This document shows positions 1-12,462 of a stretch of 64,000 nt of DNA, piece by piece. The number at the start of each line of letters is the position of its first letter. Position 1 is the first letter of the stretch. The notes below the pieces were generated by a model. The model saw only the letters and a program-made list of their open reading frames with translations. It made no database searches and had not been told where the DNA came from. The position numbers were made by a program, and so were the translations under genes. Source of the stretch: Nitrospirales bacterium (GTDB taxonomy: Bacteria; Nitrospirota; Nitrospiria; Nitrospirales; UBA8639); contig CBDBCZ010000009.1 of the NCBI GenBank assembly GCA_965203295.1, forward strand, positions 32,001 to 96,000. The letters run 5' to 3'.

Positions 1-1323
1 AAATGACAAGTGTGTTGTATAGGAGCCCCACTAGCTAAAATGTCTGTTAACACCTGTCGTTCATTTCAATTGCTTTATTGAACGTGCTCAGTGGGTTTAA
101 GTGGCCTTCAATTAAGAAATACACTCAATGTTTGGAGTATAAGCAACTTGGGAATAGGAATACATTAGTAACATCACAATGACATCACAAAAACAGTTTG
201 CAAGTAGCAGAGACTACACTGTAAAGAAAACAAAAAACAGACCATAGTATAGTCAGGCATAAGTGAAAGAAAGTAGCAAATACCACAGGATAGAGGGAGA
301 ACATGCAGACTCATTACTGAGCGACATCAGAAACAAGACTCATAAGTTTCATGCACACTTGACACGGATATTGGTAACATGGTATATTGGCTACATCAAC
401 CATGTCACTCAAACTCACCCAATTGCATTCACATAGTATACAACAACCTGAGAGCATGATTACTCCAATGTATTATGACTCAGCATACTACCTGTGCAGG
501 CTACATGCCCACTCAGAGCCATGTGTGCAGGGGTGGCCTAGAAAAGAAAGTACCTGTTTAGCTTAATAGGAAATTCAAGCCTAAGCAATAGCAAAGGCTA
601 TCTCATGGAGATTGTAAACTCTGCATCAAGATGGACTTGTTCTTGAGGTCAATTCAATCTGTACAGCTTGCTCTTACATTCTCTGAACTTACCTATTGAA
701 TACAAGTACACCTGTACCTTGTTCTCATTTCAGTTCACATGGTAGCTAACCTGGTGTTGCCATTGCTGTTACAGCCATCTTATCCTCAGCTGATCACGTA
801 ACTCCCAATGTGCCTGTATTGGCTGGTAGTAATAGTACAGTCAAGTGAGTGTATTATTCGTTGAGGAGCATGCACAATGTGCATGGAATATGCTGTGTGA
901 GCAATTTGGAAAACTTATGTTAGCTGTAGTTGCATCGGCATCATCAAAAGTGCACGAGTAGAATAAATTTCGAAAATTAGCTTCGTGTGGACAATTGTAT
1001 GTAGACAGTTTTGTTTTATGTGTTTCTGTGAGGTAGAAGTTTCTCAGGATGGGGAGGAAGCTGAAGGTGATGTAGCTATAGCCGACAATGTGACTGCAAG
1101 TGGCTATGATCAGCTATATAATCAATACCCAAGAATTGAAGGGCTGAGAATCAGGCTGGTCTAACCCAAGAAATCTAACTTACCCCTCCCTAATCTGTGT
1201 GTACTTTTTCAAGATGTTTTAATTGTACACTGTAAAAAAATTGACTACAGAGTGGTTGCAGAATTACAGATTTTAGCGTTTGTAGGTACATAGAAGCTAG
1301 GCCTCAAAGTGATCGTGATTAGC

Positions 1324-1428
1324 TAGTCTAGCTAGCTATCCCCAACTTCTACCCACCTAATGATCGCTTGCCGAGATCCTGCAAGCGATCCCTAGGTGGG
1401 TAGAAGTTGTGGATAGCTAGCTAGACTA
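1324..1428. mobile_element. 105-bp hairpin MITE with 9-bp TSD
   Basis: Ends TAGTCTAGC...GCTAGACTA, near-perfect ~48-bp inverted arms, flanked by the direct repeat GTGATTAGC (1315-1323 and 1429-1437). Confidence 0.85.
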
Positions 1429-1481
1429 GTGATTAGCTACTCACTATTGCATTTCTAACAAACTATGTACAAATACAACAT

Positions 1482-1879
1482 GATACTGCTGATACTCAGT
1501 ACTCTACTAGGAAACAGAATCTGCTTATCTGCTTTTCTCAAAAAAAATTGTCATTCCCTAGCAACTGGTTGCATTGTTGCCATGGCAACACCATATGTCC
1601 ATTCAGCAGAAAGCAACGACAATTACCTTTACTGCAACCTTTGTGGCATTCCTGGGGATGGTAATCTACCACATGGTCCAGCAGATCAAAGTAGCTCCGC
1701 AGTGGTGGAGGAGGTTATACTCCCATCATAAGGTTACAATTAGCTACAACCCTGATTGACTAGCAGTTGCACACTCTGAACCCCAGGACAGAGCCCTATC
1801 AAGACCATCCACTGCACAGTTTGTAACTGTAGCATACAATGATATTGTTTGGGCACAGCTTGCAGAATCACACGCGTAG
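1482..1879 (+). pseudogene. Degenerate 3'-end remnant of a paralog of the Pmp-repeat multipass receptor
   Basis: Aligns with 8300-8711 (ILLILSTLLGNRI, CIVAMAT, FVAFLGMVIYHMVQQIK, EPQDRALSR, AQLAESH*) but has frameshifts and stops; no upstream coding part. Confidence 0.85.
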
Positions 1880-2585
1880 ACAAACTTATTAACAAATATT
1901 ATAGCGCCACTAAAAATTATCGAGACTGACAATCACTCGTGTGACTTATCAGTAGGGCTGATTGTGTGCTCCTAGGTCATACCCATGTATGCAGGCATTA
2001 CTCACATGGTATCCTCAGACTATAATCTAATGCCGTAACTTTCAGTTTATCATAAAACACACAGCAGTAACTATATCATGAAGCTTATGTGACCCCACTC
2101 TGTAAATCGTACCTCACTTAAAAATTAAATTTTGAAAAGGGTAGGAAAAATATTATTTATTATGACCATCATTGCAACCAAATTATTGGTATGCTGAAAG
2201 ACATTGAAAGCTAAACTCACTTATTTAGTTCATTTTCTTTAGAGTGAGGTCAAAGGATACAGCAGAGATCCAAAAACAAATTTCTTGTGTATGGCTGAAG
2301 ATAAATAAATGTTTTGATTATAGCCATTACTGTATGCATATAAAGTGTGGCATCCTGTCCAGATCAGAAATCAAAAACAATGAACCTTATTTAGTATCGG
2401 GCTAGTTCATAGCACAGTCATTATAAGTGTTCCAGGTCCTTTAGTTCTAGGACTATAGGACAGGAGACTGAAGCCTATCCCGGATATTGCGATTGTGTGT
2501 AAGTCATTGTGAATAATTTGCATGAATGAGCAAAGATGGTACATTAGTAAGATTATAGTGTACATTGTAGCAATATTTTCTTGAC
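1482..2585 (+). repeat. Direct duplication of about 8300-9590 (gene 3' end plus downstream flank)
   Basis: Collinear blocks, e.g. 'catcctgtccagat', 'cctttagtt(c/g)taggactata', 'taatttgcatgaatg', 'tatagtgtacat' in both copies. Confidence 0.8.
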
Positions 2586-2784
2586 TGAGAAATGCATTAT
2601 TCAGTGCATAGAAGTATGACTGACAGCTGCATTGATACCTAGTGTGTGTTAAATACCAGCTAAGAAATCCCAGCTTATATGTGTAGTAAATTTCAGTGAA
2701 TGGTTTATTATTACAGAATATTACTTATCGAACAACACTAGAACAAGTATTCTGAAATTCTTCAAGTACTGTACAGTCAGACTG

Positions 2785-5700
2785 ATGAACTGGAGTCCCA
2801 TAATGCTGATCTGGCAGAAGCTGTCACTGTTATATGTGCTCTACTGCTTGCCTTCCTGTTCTACTGACAACACCTACTACGTCACACCCACATCCGACAC
2901 ACCATGTCCTGGAGAGCCCTGCCACACCCTCTCCCAGTATGCTGAGCAGGACTTCAAGAATTTCAGCTCAAGCACAACACTGTTGTTCCTTTCCGGTGAT
3001 CACACTCTCCACCACACCATCTCATTTGGTCTCAATGTTGATCTATCTGATTGGAGGAGTTCAACTCATCATCACAACCCCAACCATTCCCTCACCCTGC
3101 TTGGAGACCCCTCCTCCCCTCCAGAGGCCACCAGTAGGATTGTATGTACCTGGTCAGCAGGCTTTTCTTTCTCTGGCATCACTGAACTGCACATCACTGC
3201 ACTGGCCTTCAGCTCATGTGGACATGGTCCAGCAGTGAGCATATGGTCAGTGTTGAATGCCAGCATCGTAAACAGTACCTTTCAGAACAATTTCAGCTGG
3301 CAATGGCAAGATGGCAGACACAGTGATGAGGAAGGGGTTATATCTACTCTTAACAGTACTCTTACCATTACAGGATGCACAATTCAGAACAATGGTGGTT
3401 ACCACCGAAGAGCTCTTCTTGTTGAAAGCAGCATCCTCACCCTTACAAGATGCATGATTCAAAACAATGACGGAGGAGCTCTGTTTGCTATGGACAGCAT
3501 TCTCACCCTTATAGAAAACATATTCCAGAACAACACTGCAGATTGTGGAGGTGCTCTTTATATACACAAAAACAATATCTTGATATTCGCATATAATACA
3601 TTCCAGAACAACTCAGCTACCTCTACTGGGGGCAGTGTTTGTGTAGAAGTAAACAACACACTTCTGTTTACTAAAAATGTGTTTAAGAACAATCTGGCAA
3701 AGTTCCATGGAGGTGCTCTCTGGGCATTGGATAATAACACCCTCATATTTGCAGAGAACGTGTTTCAGGATAATTTGGCTATTCAGGGTGCTGGAGGTAG
3801 TCTTTATGTAATCCAAGAAAACACTCTCATCCTTACAAGGAATGCATTCCAGGAAATTTGGCTAGTTTTGGAGGTGTCCTTTCTGTGAATACCAACAACG
3901 TTGTCACTCTTACAGGAAACATATTCCAGAATAACTCAGCTAACCTTTCTGGTGGTGTGCTACATGTACATACAAACAACACCCTCACCCTCACGGGAAA
4001 CACATTTGTTAACAACTCCGCTAACATAGAGTCTGGTGGTGTGCTATTAGTATCCACAAACAACACTCTCACTCTTACAGGAAACACATTTCAGAACAAC
4101 TCAGCTAATGATGCTGGGGGTGCTCTTATTGTACGCCACAATATCACCCTCATACTGAAAAACAACACTTTTCAGAAAAACATAGCAAATGTTGGTGGTG
4201 TTCTTTATGTAAACAACAGCAATGTTGTAGTCACAGAGAATACATTTCAGCACAACTCTGCTTATAGCAGTGGAGGTGTACTATACATTTACCACAACAG
4301 TGCCATCACCATCATAAAGAACACATTTCAGGACAATTATGCTGACTTTTCTGGAGGTTGTTTTGCCTCAATCCAAAACATTACACTTGTATTCACAGAG
4401 AACACATTTCAGCACAACTCTGCTAAAAACAGTGGAGGTGTGGTATCCATTGCCCACAACAGTACGATCACCATTGTGATGAACACATTTCAGGACAATT
4501 ATGCAGGCTTATCTGGAGGTTGTTTTATGTCATTTCAAAACAATACACTTGCATTCACAGAGAACACATTTCAGCGCAACTCTGCTAATGCCACTGGAGG
4601 TGTGATATACATTTACAACAACAGTGCCATCACCATTATGAAGAACACATTTCAGGACAATTATGCTGGCTCCCATGGAGGTTGTTTTATCTCAATTCGA
4701 AACAATACACTTGCATTCACAGGAAACACATTTCAGAACAACTCAGCTAATGAAGCTGGAGGTGCTCTTGTTGTACGCCACAATATTATCACCCTGATAC
4801 TGAAAAACAACACTTTTCAGAACAATATGGCAAATGTTGGTGGTGCTCTTTATGTAAACAGCAGCAATGTTATAGTCACAGAGAATACATTTCAGCACAA
4901 CTCTGCTAACACTAGTGGAGGTGTACTATACATTTACCACAACAGTGCCATCGCCATTATGAAGAACACACTTCAGGACAATTATGCTCACCTATCTGGA
5001 GGTTGTTTTGCCTCAGTCCAAAACAATACACTTGTATTTACAGAGAACGCATTTCAGCACAACTCTGCTAAAAACAGTGGGGGTGTGGTATTCATTTCCC
5101 ACAACAGTACAATCACCGTTGTGAAGAACACATTTCAGGACAATTATGCAGGCTCATGTGGAAGTTGTTTGACCTCAATTCAAAACAATACACTTGCATT
5201 CACAGAGAACACATTTCAGCACAACTCTGTTAATGACTCTGGAGGTGTGATATACATTTACCACAACAGTTCCATTACCATTATGAAAAACACATTTCAG
5301 AACAATTATGCTGGCTCAACTGGAGGTTGTTTTACCTCAGTCCAAAACAATACACTTGCATTCACAGAGAACACATTTCAGAATAACTCAGCTAATGTTG
5401 CTGGAGGTGCTGTTATCGTAAGCCACAATAATATTACAGTCATACTGAAAAACAACACTTTTCTGAACAATATGGCTAATGTTGGTGGTGCTCTTTACGT
5501 CAACAGCAGCAATGTTATAGTCACAGAGAATGTATTTCAGCACAACTCTGCTAACACCACTGGAGGTGTACTATACATTTCCCACAACAGTGCCATCGCC
5601 ATTTTAAAGAACACATTTCAGGACAATTATGCTGGCTTTTCTGGAGGTTGTTTTACCTCAATTCAAAACAATACCCTTGCATTCACAGAGAACACACTTC

Positions 5701-8700
5701 AGCACAACTCTGCTAAAAACAGTGGAGGTGTGATATACATTTCCCACAACAGTACCATCACCATTATGAAGAACACATTTCAGGACAATTATGCTGGCTT
5801 CTATGGAGGCTGTCTTATTTCATTTATGAACAATACAATTACATTCACAGAGAATATATTTCTAAACCATACAGCTAGGTTTGGAGGTGTGCTTGCAGTC
5901 TATCAAAACAGCACACTTACTATCATGGGGAACAATTTTCATGACAATGTTGCTCTAAATGGAGGAGTACTGTACACACATCAAAGCATTATAGAGTTAA
6001 TAAATAACAATTTTTCAAAAAACACAGCACAATTGATGAGTGCGGTCGTTTTTTGCATTGCCAGCAGTAACCTCAGCATACAGAGTCAGCACAGGCTTTG
6101 GAATAATACAGCTCGATATGGTGGAGGGGTGGCTGCAATAGATTGCCAGGTAACACTGGCTGGTAATACATCATTTGAGAACAACACTGCCACGTATGGT
6201 GGAGGACTGTATGCTGATGGTTCACATTTACACATCAGTGGATGGACCAACTTCATTAATAATTTAGCTACTAAAGATGGAGGTGGAGCATACGCATCAA
6301 GGAGTGCATTAAGCACTAAACAAGGATTCACTTTCCAAGATAATTCTGCTCTGAACAATGGTGGTGGAATGATGCTTACTGGAGGTTCTAAGATATACCT
6401 CCAACCAAACTCATACTTTAACTTCACCAGTAATTCTGCTAAGCAAAAAGGAGGTGCACTCATGATCCAGGAGAGTAATTCTTTCAGTTTCTGTGCTGAA
6501 CTGTCCTGTGAGTTTTTAACTGGAACCGATTGCTTCTTTCAAATTCAAACTCAGGCTAATTATGATACTCACACTACTATCTCAGACATTGCTGAACTAC
6601 ACAATATCCGGCTTTATTTTAGAAATAACACTGCTTTGGAGGCAGGAGCCACCTTGTATGGCAGCTCCGTTGATTATTGTAGTCTTACGTTTGTTAATCA
6701 ACGCAGTCAATTGTCTGACAGCAATAATCCCTTTTTGTGTCCCATCAGTGGAAAGGTATTCGACTACATAACAAGTTATGCATCTCTGGATATATCATCG
6801 GATCCATTGTATATCTGCACATGCAATGATAACGAAACAGTTTGCTCCAATTCTGCCAGCAATATGACAGTGTATCCAGGTGGTATTATTAGTGTTCCTG
6901 TACTAGCACATGGACAGAGAAATAGGCCTACTTCTGCTGTAATACACAACTGTACACCCAAGGGCAATTTATCCTTTAATGGCCTTGAAATCACTCAGAA
7001 TATTGCAGCTAGATGCACTTCCCTCAAGTACACTGTGCACACACGTGCTGAAGATACGTTTCAGCAAGTAAGGTTATGTGCAGAAGGTCCATGCCCACCC
7101 AGAGAAGGATCAACTCTTGTTACACTGACGAATGTTCTCACCATTCATTTCAAAGTTGTTCCGTGTCCTCCTGGATTTGAACTCTCAGACATTCACCCTA
7201 CTTGCACTTGTATGCAAAGACTTCGACCATTCACAAATGATTGTCGAATAAATGACAGAACAATAAAGCGTGACAGTGAGTTCTGGATGGGCTACACAGA
7301 TGATGATGACTCTAAAGGGATAATTCTTCATTCTCACTGCCCTTTTGATTATTGTTCATCCAACACAATGTACCTGGCAGTTGACAACAGTGACAAACAG
7401 TGCAGTAACAACAGATCTGGCCTACTGTGTGGAAAGTGTTCTCATAACTTCAGTCTTGCACTGGGCAGTTCCCGCTGCTTGCAGTGCTCTGACAATTACC
7501 TGTGGCTCTTAGTAGCCTTTGCTGTTGCTGGGCTGCTGCTGGTCTTGCTACTGTTGATACTGAATCTCACAGTAGCTGTCGGGACCATCAATGGGCTGGT
7601 GTTCTATGCCAATGTCTTAGCACTGAACTCAGCAACATTTCTCCAGCCCCACACCACTAATATTCTGACAGTGTTCATAGCATGGATAAACCTGGACTTA
7701 GGCATTGAGACATGCTTCTATGAAGGCATGGACACATATGCTAAAACATGCCTTCAGTTTGTGTTTCCACTTTATGTGTGGAGTCTGGTAGTGGTGATAA
7801 TAATTGTCAGTCGCTACTCCATAAGGATATCAGCGATCCTTAGCAACAGCACTGTAGCAGTCCTAGCAACACTCATATTGTTATCATATACCAAAATTCT
7901 CCGTACAATTATTGCAGCACTTTCTTATACACTTCTGGAGTACCCTAACAACTTGCAGGTTGCTGTGTGGCTTTTAGACTGGAACATCGGATACCTGAGC
8001 TCTAAGCATATCTCACTCTTCATAACTGCTCTGTGTTTTCTTATCTTCCTGTTCCTCCCCTACACACTGGTCTTATTGTTTGGCCAGTGGACACGAAAGT
8101 CAACATTGAAGATATTCTCTCTAATTAACAATTACAGAATCCTGTTCTTTCTGGAAGCTTATCATGCACCCTACACTGACAAACACCGCTACTGGACTGG
8201 ACTGATGCTCACACTTCGATGCCTCCTATTTCTTGTCTTTGCCTACAATACTTTTGGTGATCCAAGTATCAACCTTTTGTGCACTGGTACAGCCTCTGCA
8301 GTATTGCTGATAATCAGTACTCTACTAGGAAATAGGATCTATAAGACTTTTTTTCTCAATATCCTGGAATTGTCATTCAATAGTAACCTTTGCATTGTTG
8401 CTATGGCAACAACGTATGTTCGTTCAGCAGGAGGCAACCAGAATGCAGTTACCTTCACCTCTATCAGTGCAGCCTTTGTGACATTCCTGGGGACTGTCAT
8501 CTACCACTTGGTTCAGCAGATCAAAGCAGCTCCACAGAGGTGGAAGAGGCTACACCCATCACGAGATTACAGCCTTGACCGACTACATGTAGCAGCTGCA
8601 GACCCTGAACCCCAGGACAGAGCCCTATCAAGAACGGCACAATTTGCAACTGTAGCGTACATCAACATCAATGACATTGTTCGGGCACAGCTTGCAGAAT

Positions 8701-8711
8701 CGCATCCATAG
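2785..8711 (+). CDS. Intronless Pmp-like repeat (right-handed beta-helix) / Cys-rich / multipass membrane receptor-like protein, about 1975 aa when joined; 1-bp frameshift at about 3855
   Basis: Signal peptide (MNWSPIMLIWQKLSLLYVLYCLPSCS); YYVTP..PCPGEPCHTLSQY cap; about 40 units of ~24 aa of FxxN-x-A-xx-GG[A/V/C][L/I/F]; CPPGF, HCPFDYC and NRSGLLCGKC Cys-rich stalk; about 9 hydrophobic segments. ORFs 2785-3888 and 3858-8711 join if CAGGAAATTTG has one more A (FQENLASFGGVL). Confidence 0.85.
4081..5850 (+). repeat. Higher-order intragenic tandem repeat, period 642-645 bp (9 beta-helix units), about 2.7 copies
   Basis: 'aacacatttcagaa(c/t)aactcagctaatg..gctgg' followed by '(c/g)atactgaaaaacaacact' recurs at 4081, 4723 and 5368. 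Confidence 0.85.
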
Positions 8712-10786
8712 ACAAACTTATCATCAAATACAGCACCACTAAATATTATTGAGACTAACAATCACTTGACAATGTGTGACTGATCAGTAAGGTTGATTGT
8801 ATGCTCCTGGCCTGTACCCATGTATGCAGGGTTTATGTATTCTCAAACTATAGTCTAAACAGCATTTTCTTCATTGTCCACACAGCTGTGATTATATCAT
8901 GAGGCAGACTTAGCTATGTTTTATTCATACAAAAATGAATTCAGGAATGTATTATGACCAACATTGCATGCAATGACATTAAGTCACTGAAAACTAAACT
9001 CAGTTAGTTAGCCAATTTTCTTAATGTGTGAGGCTAGAGTGAGGACACAGCAGGGATAGTTCGTGCCAGGTGACTAATTAAAGTTCTATGGTGAGTTGGT
9101 AATACACTAGGAAAACCCCTCCAGAGAATTCCTATAACGGTAGTGCCATCATTTGACATTTGAATGCTGTGATTTGCAAGCCAAAGAAATAATATGTGTT
9201 GCAGTTTTAGTGTTTTTTCAACAATCCAAAAGGATGATAAAACAGTGTCAGACCTTGAGCTGAGATAGACAAAATTCATGCATATGGCTGAAGATGTATT
9301 AACTTTTGTTAATGACAAATACTGTATGCATACGGTATGGCATCCTGTCCAGATTGGAAATCAACATCTAATTGCAATTGAGTTTTGAAAATAATTGGCT
9401 CATTGATAGCACAGTTCTCTGAAAAACTAGTAATTTAAACTGCTTCCTTTAGTTGTAGGACTATATAGGGAAGTCAGGAGGAAACTAATTTCTAAGATAT
9501 TAAGCTTTCGTGTAAGTTAATTTGCATGAATGTACAAAAGTAACATGTTTGTCAGAGTATAGTGTACATGGTAGTAGTATTTTCCTGAATGCATATTCTT
9601 GTTTTCACATTTGAGAATACCTGGGACTGAGTTGTAGCTAAGCAGAAAGCGACAACTCACTTGTACTTGGTCTAGCTAATTAAGAATGTGTGTGTGTGTG
9701 TGTATGTGAGGGGGCGGGAAGAGAAGACATATCAGTTCATTCCATACTGGTAATGAGTTTGAATGATGGGGAGAAGAGGGGGAGGAGTACATTAAATGGA
9801 GGTCTGGGGATGGGAATTAAGGAATAAGATATTCTCATCAGGTAGCAGCTAGCTAAATTAGGTTACGGTGCTAAAATACTATGACTGGAGGTGACGTTCT
9901 ACACACTCCATTGTCACATAATTACTGTAATATACTCATATTGCGACCGAAGTGCTTACACCATTGACCACGCAACTGTATAAGAAGGCAGAGTTTGTAC
10001 GATCATCAGACAGAAAACAAGAGCAACCGCGTTTCACCATCCTGATCTCCACATAATTTATTCTTAGTATTAATAATACAAAATCCTTAGTTTTAATCCC
10101 CAAATAACTTACACTGCCTATCATCATTTCAACTTTACCCTTATGTCTTCCTGACTCTTCATTAGTACCCGGCCTAAACTTAGCATTAGAGACTTATGAC
10201 AGACTAAGTTTAACTTTACTATTAAAGACATCATGCAGTAAGCCTTTATAATATCCATATTTCAATGTCTCATCTATTATCCCTATTACAAATTTACATT
10301 GTAATCTTCAGCTAATATTTTCCTCACTCCCTAGCTAGATTTAACTGCACCAACAGCTACTTGGAATTACACATAAATTAATAACCGTCACATGAGGTAC
10401 TATATACATACCTTATGGGCATGTCTAATGTACAGGCAATAAGAGGTTTGGTGCGGTTGAATCTGAAGGGTAGGGTCAACCACACAACAGTCCCATTGCT
10501 CATTTTTGGTAACAATTGAAACTTTGTTTCTGTGACTGTCCTCACAGTACATTAGGTTGGTTGTGCACTGATTGCTTCCAAGCTCAATTTGGTATAACTG
10601 GGGCCTAGACATAATTAGAGAATATTGTGCTACCAGTGTACTAATAGTGAGCAAAACCAATGAAATATTATAACTATAAGTTGTGAAAATTTAGCACAGG
10701 ATTGATTGGTGCACAACTTTGTTGCTTGCATAATTAAATAATAAGCTTATAATCTACAAGAGAAACAACTACACCAATTAAAACAG

Positions 10787-11369
10787 TCCTAAAATTAATA
10801 GTGACCCCCATGCATACATAATTAGCTGAACTAAAAATGACCTTTTTAAGCCTTGCAAGGGGTCCTGTTCCCTAAATTTCTTGTGAGTAGATTGAAGTTT
10901 GTAAGGCGGGGCTCGAATTTGTCGGGTGAAAGTAGGCGTGGCGAATTTTTTTTGGAAAGTCAGGTGGTGAAAATGAGGGTTTTGGGGTGGTTGGATGCGT
11001 TCAGGGCTGTAAAACTGGCTTTGTAGCATTCCTGTGAAAAAGCATCCCTATGTTTGTAGCCTGTCCTCTGTAGGTACTGGTGGTGATGCCAGACTGTGGG
11101 TGGGGCTCTAGCAGATTCCAAAATTTCTCGTATTTTAAAACAACCCGAAATTGCGTTTTTGTGGATTATTTAGCAGGAGGTGTGGTTAGATGCAATCAAT
11201 TCGAGGTAGACTTTCATGTTATCAACAAAGCCGTCCATTTGATTCATGGATTCCAGGTGAGGCTCTTCCTACCTTTAAAAGGTCATTTTAATTCAGCTAC
11301 TTATGTATGTATGGGGGTCACTATTTAGGAATGTTTTAAAACATTCCTAAATAGTGACCTCCATACATA
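10787..11369. repeat. Nested inverted repeats: ~60-bp IR (10787-10849 / 11274-11330) and a 64-bp palindrome centred on TTAA at 11337/8
   Basis: 'atagtgacccccatgcatacataattagctgaactaaaaatgacctttt' versus its reverse complement; 'tatgtatgggggtcactatttaggaatgtttt|aaaacattcctaaatagtgacctccatacata'. Confidence 0.7.
10871..11273 (+). mobile_element. Right-end fragment of the Kolobok-like element at 18477-19382
   Basis: Near-identical to 19034-19382, including the TIR 'aggtgaggctcttcctacc'; carries about 58 extra bp between TAGCAG repeats. Confidence 0.8.
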
Positions 11370-12239
11370 ATTTGTATCAATGATACATCGTCAACGCACA
11401 TATCGCCGGGTATGTGTTCTCTGGTTTGTTTACGCTACGTATTTGATACCAAGGATTAGTAAGGCACCTGGCACAGGAAAAATACACCCTGTTAACTTCG
11501 ATGTGTGTAGCTAAGCATAGCCTAATTTATCATGTAGCTTCTTATGTAACTATGGGAAAGACCGCAATTTTTCCCAGAGAAGTGAGTATGAGGTTATAGC
11601 ACTGGCAATCTGAGCTTGGCAGAACAATGCCACATACTCCTATGATCACCCGAGGGTTCAACTGCTCTCACCAAATACAGTCAACACTAGTTAGTTGCTT
11701 TCACTATTGGCTTCCTGCAGTAAAAACTGCATAGTCATGGCGGTGGTGGTGCGCAGCCACAACTGAGATACCCGTAGTTTGTTTAAAACAACCCTTTCAT
11801 TTTGCAGTGCACTGGAAGAGCAAGTACCCGAGCAGCTGAGGATGAGATGCGTGTAGCAACAACAGGAAATTTAAGAGCAAGAACCGGACTTCTGCATCAA
11901 GATGGACTTGCTGTTGAGGTTATTTCAATCTAACTCTTCTCTGAACATACCTATTATAAGTACTTTAATTGGACTTGTAACCAGCTACGTATCTCCCTTA
12001 ACTCCTCTATTTAGTTACATGATAAAAAAATGTTACCATGGTTTTTGTGGAGGGATCAAATTGACAGGTGCCTGCTCTTCTAGCCCACTCCTACCAATGT
12101 GACTTGTATTGCCTAGGATTGAAGCTATTGTAATCATAGTAGTTTTTAATTGGGGTAACATGACCCATATATATGTGTAAATGTTGTACCAGCCAACTAA
12201 CTGTGCATGTAAAAGTGCTCTTTCACTTTACAAGTATTC

Positions 12240-12462
12240 CCTAGAGCAGGTATCATACGGATAACTAAGACAGAGCTAGCCCGGATCGACCCCTGACCTC
12301 CTGGGACGTTCACTGATGAGCATTGAGACATGATGCATCATGACGTGTTTAGGCTATAAATTGCAGGTGTTTTAACGCTAACTTCATTTTCGCCCTGAAG
12401 GAGACTAGAGCATCTAGTCGAAACATCAGCAAAGTTTCTTTCCGAAATAAAGTTTGTTATTA
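12240..12462 (+). mobile_element. Penelope-like pseudo-LTR remnant with a decayed minimal hammerhead motif
   Basis: TATA-like CTATAAAT (about 12354), then GCC-CTGAAGGA-GACTAGA gca TCTAGTC-GAAAC-ATC-AGC (12392-12430), then AATAAA (about 12446). Left boundary approximate. Confidence 0.55.

Noticed and set aside
2785..8711. Bacterial autotransporter or contamination
   Set aside because: The C-terminus has alpha-helical TM segments and a Cys-rich stalk, not a beta-barrel, and the gene sits among eukaryotic repeats with a local paralog remnant.
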